Source: Hyphomonas sp. (GTDB taxonomy: Bacteria; Pseudomonadota; Alphaproteobacteria; Caulobacterales; Hyphomonadaceae). Taken from it: 64,000 bases of DNA. The stretch spans positions 2,059 through 66,058 of the forward strand of contig JBKBIZ010000008.1 of NCBI GenBank assembly GCA_046293975.1, in the 5' to 3' direction. Both the position numbers and the translations under genes were made by a program. This document shows, in pieces, positions 60,410 through 64,000 of this stretch. The notes beneath the pieces were generated by a model, which saw only the letters and a program-made list of their open reading frames with translations, was not told the DNA's origin and did not search any database. Positions within the stretch are counted from its first letter, which is position 1; the number at the start of each line of letters is the position of its first letter.

Positions 60410-61048
60410 ATGATCCGTCTCACCCGCTTTTCCGCCCTCCTGCTTACCGGCGCCGCGCTTTCTGTCCTTGCCGCCTGCGGTCCCAGCGCGCCCTCGCCGG
60501 CAGCGCCTGCGCCGGTCGAAACAGACGAAGCGATTTCAGCCGAAGCCGCTCACGACACCCATGAAGAAGACCACGCTGAAGGCGAGGCGCATGCGGATCA
60601 CGAGGATGAGGACCATTATCACGATCATGAGGAAGACCATGCTGGCGGCGTCGCCCATGTGCATGGCATTGCCGATCTTGCCTTTACCGTCGAGGGGGGC
60701 AAACTGACCGCCGAACTGATGTCTCCGCTGGCCAATTTCGGTCTTTCCGAAGCCGATGGCGTCATTACCGATGAGGTTAAAGCCGCGCTGCCGGGTATCA
60801 TCACCCTGACGGGAGGAGATTGTACTGCCGACATGCCCGTAGCAGAGGTCGATACCTCCAGCGGGCATACGGATGGCCACGTCAATTTCTCCTGGACCTG
60901 CGTCAATCCAGGCAATGTATCTACAGCCCGCTTCGCGGGTTTCACCGCATTCCCGGGCTTTGAAACAATCAATGCCGTGTTTCTGGGCGATACGGTCCAG
61001 AAAGCCGCAGAGCTTACGCCTTCCTCCCCAGAGCTTTCCCTGAAATAA
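60410..61048 (+). CDS. zrgA: ZrgA/DUF2796 zinc-uptake lipoprotein
   Basis: Lipobox LAAC; His/acidic tract; AHVHG, SPLANFG..E, GHTD..C. Confidence 0.8.
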   Translation: MIRLTRFSALLLTGAALSVLAACGPSAPSPAAPAPVETDEAISAEAAHDTHEEDHAEGEAHADHEDEDHYHDHEEDHAGGVAHVHGIADLAFTVEGGKLTAELMSPLANFGLSEADGVITDEVKAALPGIITLTGGDCTADMPVAEVDTSSGHTDGHVNFSWTCVNPGNVSTARFAGFTAFPGFETINAVFLGDTVQKAAELTPSSPELSLK

Positions 61049-61056
61049 AGGATCAC

Positions 61057-61752
61057 ATGGCTGATCCCGTGATTGATATCGAAGGGCTGCGCTTTGCTTG
61101 GAAGAGCGGCCCGCAAGTGCTCGACATTGAGACCTTTCGTGTTGATGCGGGCGAGCGCGTCTTCCTGCGCGGGCCCTCGGGCTCGGGCAAGTCGACACTT
61201 CTCGGCCTGATTGCCGGCGTGCTGCAGCCACAGGCCGGGGGCATCCGCGTTCTGGGCGAGGATATGAGCGCGCTCGCCGCCGCACGGCGAGACAGGCTGC
61301 GCGCCGACCGGATGGGCGTGATCTTCCAGATGTTCAATCTGGTGCCCTATCTCTCTGTGACGGGCAATGTCCTCTTGCCGCTGCGCTTTTCAGCTGCGCG
61401 CCGCAAGGCGGCCGGAAATGATCCGCAGGCGGAAGCCCGGCGCCTTCTGGCGCGGCTGGGCCTGGAAGATGAAAGCCTGCTGGAGCGTCGCGTATCCGAC
61501 CTCTCCGTCGGCCAGCAGCAGCGTGTGGCGGCCGCCCGCGCCCTGATTGGCAGTCCGAGCCTCGTCATTGCGGACGAGCCCACTTCCGCGCTGGACGCCG
61601 ACGCGCGCGACCGGTTCATCAACCTCCTGTCTGAGGAAGTCGAACGGTCCGGCGCCACGTTGTTGTTTGTCAGCCATGACGCTTCGCTGGCGGGGCTCTT
61701 CACCCGTGCGGCTGATCTCACCGGGTTGAACCGGGCAGGGGCGCCGGCATGA
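61057..61752 (+). CDS. ABC transporter ATP-binding protein (zrg-type)
   Basis: GPSGSGKST, LSVGQQQRV, ADEPTSALD. Confidence 0.92.
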   Translation: MADPVIDIEGLRFAWKSGPQVLDIETFRVDAGERVFLRGPSGSGKSTLLGLIAGVLQPQAGGIRVLGEDMSALAAARRDRLRADRMGVIFQMFNLVPYLSVTGNVLLPLRFSAARRKAAGNDPQAEARRLLARLGLEDESLLERRVSDLSVGQQQRVAAARALIGSPSLVIADEPTSALDADARDRFINLLSEEVERSGATLLFVSHDASLAGLFTRAADLTGLNRAGAPA

Positions 61753-63017
61753 CCGCTCTTTTTTCGCTTGCCTGGTCGAGCCTCCTTAATCGCAAGGGCT
61801 CAGTCATCCTGACCATTGTTGCGGTGGCGCTTTCGGTCGCGCTCTTTCTGGGGGTCGAGAAAGCCCGCAGCGGCGCCCGCGAAGGGTTTGAAAATACCAT
61901 TTCCGGAACCGACCTGATCGTTGGCGCGCCAACCGGCACGGTCAATCTGCTGCTCTATTCTGTCTTCCGTATGGGCTCAGCCACGGCTGAGGTTTCCTGG
62001 CCAACCTATCGTCAGCTTACGGAACGTCCGGACGTGGCCTGGACTGTACCCATCGCGCTCGGTGACAGCCATCGCGGCTTCCGCGTGATGGGAACAACAA
62101 CCGGTTATTTCGATCACTACAAATATGGCGGCGGGCAGCCGCTGGAGCTTGCCGAAGGCGTGATCTTTGACGACCTGTTTGACGCCGTGATCGGCGCCGA
62201 TGTCGCGCGCGATCTTGGCTATACGCTGGACACGCCGCTGGTCCTGACCCACGGGCTCGGCGCAGCCGATCTTGGCTCGGGCCATGAGAACCGGCCGTTC
62301 CGTGTATCAGGTATCCTCAAACCCACAGGCACGCCGGTGGACCGGACCGTGCATGTCTCCCTGGAAGCCATCACGGCCATTCATGTCGGCTGGGAGACCG
62401 GGGCCAAGAACCCGCTCGCCGATTCCATCCCCACCGACATGATCCGGTCCTTTGATCTCACACCCAAAACCGTGACAGCGATTTTCGTGGGCCTGGAGCG
62501 CAAGGGCACGATCCTCACCACGCGCCGGCAGATCAACACCAATCGCGGCGAGCCGCTGATGGCGATCATTCCCGGTGAGGCCTTGCGCGAACTCTGGGGT
62601 GTCACCTCGATTGCCGAGCGCGCGCTGCTGGCAGTCTCGGGCTTTGTGATTGCCGTGGGCCTCGTCTCGATCCTCACCTCCATCCTGACCAGCCTGAACG
62701 AGCGGCGGCGGGAAATGTCGATCCTGCGCGCAACAGGCGCGCGGCCTGGCCACATATTTTCCCTGCTGGTGCTCGAGTCCGGGTTGATCGGTTTCATGGG
62801 CGCGTTGATTGGCATTGTGATCGTCCACAGCGTATTTGCTGTGGTCGCGCCGATGTTGCAGGCCCGTTATGGAGTCGCCTTTGGCAGTGGCGGGCCGGGT
62901 TTGCTTGATTTCTATGTGCTGGGGGCGGTGACGTTCGCGGCTCTCGTGATCGGTGCCGTTCCGGCAGTCGCGGCCATGCGCCGCTCGCTGGCAGATGGGC
63001 TCAGCGTCCGTTTGTAA
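61749..63017 (+). CDS. ABC transporter permease (FtsX/MacB-like, zrg-type)
   Basis: TISGTDLIVGA, LLLYSVF, PIALGDSHRG, SLNERRREMSILRA.GA. Confidence 0.92.
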   Translation: MTALFSLAWSSLLNRKGSVILTIVAVALSVALFLGVEKARSGAREGFENTISGTDLIVGAPTGTVNLLLYSVFRMGSATAEVSWPTYRQLTERPDVAWTVPIALGDSHRGFRVMGTTTGYFDHYKYGGGQPLELAEGVIFDDLFDAVIGADVARDLGYTLDTPLVLTHGLGAADLGSGHENRPFRVSGILKPTGTPVDRTVHVSLEAITAIHVGWETGAKNPLADSIPTDMIRSFDLTPKTVTAIFVGLERKGTILTTRRQINTNRGEPLMAIIPGEALRELWGVTSIAERALLAVSGFVIAVGLVSILTSILTSLNERRREMSILRATGARPGHIFSLLVLESGLIGFMGALIGIVIVHSVFAVVAPMLQARYGVAFGSGGPGLLDFYVLGAVTFAALVIGAVPAVAAMRRSLADGLSVRL

Positions 63018-63065
63018 CAGCATTGTGCTCTGGAACTGTAGGCGCGGCCGTTTTAGACAGGGATC

Positions 63066-63791
63066 ATGAAAACGACATCTCTTCCGGGCTTTGCCCTTGC
63101 CAGCCTCGCTATCGGTCTTGCAGCTGCCTGCGGCGGCGCCTCAACAAATGGGACGGCGGAAGCGGCTCCGGCTAAACCGGCCACGGAAGCGCCTGCTGAA
63201 ACCAAGGCCGCTGGCCCCAAAGTTGGTGACAAGATTGGCCAGAGCGCGGCAGAGCGCGCTGCCGCCCGCGCTGAAGCTGCCAAGAAGCGTGCTGAAGAAC
63301 AGGTCCGCAAGGATGCTGAACTGGCCGCTCGCGGCGTCACGCGGATCGGCTGGGAAGACCTGATGCCGGAAGGGGAGGAAGAGCGCCTCGCCCAAATGTA
63401 CCAGGCGCAGATGGCGATGCTCTATTCCGGCGCCGGCATAGCCGAGGGATCCGCCGCTGACTCCGCCGTCCAGATCGGCACCTTCAACACTGTGAAGGAA
63501 CTCAACGGCAAGAAGATCCGCATCCCTGGCTATACCGTGCCGTTCGAGTATGGTGCTGACGCGCAGATCAAGGAATTCCTCCTGGTGCCGTATTTCGGCG
63601 CCTGTATCCATGCGCCGCCGCCGCCCCCAAACCAGACCGTGTTCGTGATGTCTGACAAGGCAATCAAGATGCAGGATCTGGCTCAGGCCGTCTGGATCGA
63701 GGGAACCATCCATACCCAGACGCAGGAAAGTGAACTCGCAGACGCTGCTTACACGATCACGCTGACCGGCATCGAGGAATACACTTATTGA
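63066..63791 (+). CDS. DUF3299 family lipoprotein
   Basis: Lipobox LAAAC; WEDLMP, IPGY.VP, FLLVPYFGACIHAPPPPPNQ. Confidence 0.9.
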   Translation: MKTTSLPGFALASLAIGLAAACGGASTNGTAEAAPAKPATEAPAETKAAGPKVGDKIGQSAAERAAARAEAAKKRAEEQVRKDAELAARGVTRIGWEDLMPEGEEERLAQMYQAQMAMLYSGAGIAEGSAADSAVQIGTFNTVKELNGKKIRIPGYTVPFEYGADAQIKEFLLVPYFGACIHAPPPPPNQTVFVMSDKAIKMQDLAQAVWIEGTIHTQTQESELADAAYTITLTGIEEYTY

Positions 63792-63850
63792 GTTCAGCGG
63801 GTTTCGCGTACGCTTAGCGGCACGCAATCAGCTTCGCATCGCCAAATGCA

Positions 63851-63878
63851 AGAAGGGCGACCCGACAGGCCGCCCTTC
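63851..63878. terminator. Hairpin between convergent genes
   Basis: GAAGGGCG..CGCCCTTC stem. Confidence 0.55.
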
Positions 63879-63959
63879 CGCACTCTACGCGGTACTCTAC
63901 TGTCCACAAAGTAGCAGCTGACTGCTTAATACTTTGCGAACCCTGTTCCGCAGCTTGGC

Positions 63960-64000
63960 CTACTGGTTCTTTGCCAGGAGGTTGCGGATTTCTTCCAGAA
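63960..64000 (-). CDS. mscL: 3' end of large-conductance mechanosensitive channel (partial)
   Basis: Minus strand reads ..LEEIRNLLAKNQ*, matching the MscL C-terminal LLxEIRDLL helix. Confidence 0.6.
   Translation of the reverse strand, partial: LEEIRNLLAKNQ

Noticed and set aside
63882-63900. ACTCTAC direct repeat
   Set aside because: Only two 7-bp copies with no supporting context

Overview
High-GC alphaproteobacterial chromosomal window. Gene content and protein style suggest Hyphomonadaceae/Caulobacterales (inference). It is mostly core genome: pyrF, a quinohemoprotein PQQ alcohol dehydrogenase, tsaD, lepA, the ruvCAB-ybgC-tolQRAB-pal-cpoB-tilS-ftsH cluster, yebC, selO, two convergent TonB-dependent receptors next to an esterase and a feruloyl-CoA-synthetase-like gene, glmM, cysQ, FKBP, threonine dehydratase, ompW, phytase, CHAD, phaZ, a cysteine-synthase-like/DecR-like pair, a Zur-boxed ZIP/zrg zinc locus and the 3' end of mscL. 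I saw no CRISPR array, rRNA, tRNA, integrase or transposase. The strongest signals outside the ORF track are as follows. (i) A TetR gene is flanked on both sides by the same TGAAC-N12-GTTCA palindrome. The second copy abuts a sigma70-type promoter for a ~290-nt unit with an unannotated 37-aa membrane peptide, an anti-SD-loop hairpin and a terminator (candidate dual-function small-protein/sRNA module). (ii) The ompW 3'UTR holds a similar seed-loop hairpin. (iii) A palindromic REP/CIR-like element between ruvA and ruvB is read through by an ORF that is ATGA-coupled to both genes. (iv) A Rieske oxygenase keeps its 2Fe-2S motif but lacks its mononuclear-iron ligands. (v) An uncharacterised membrane protein is paired with a vWA-like lipoprotein. 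(vi) PhaR-like boxes lie upstream of phaZ and both TonB receptors. All calls are by eye, with no database searches.
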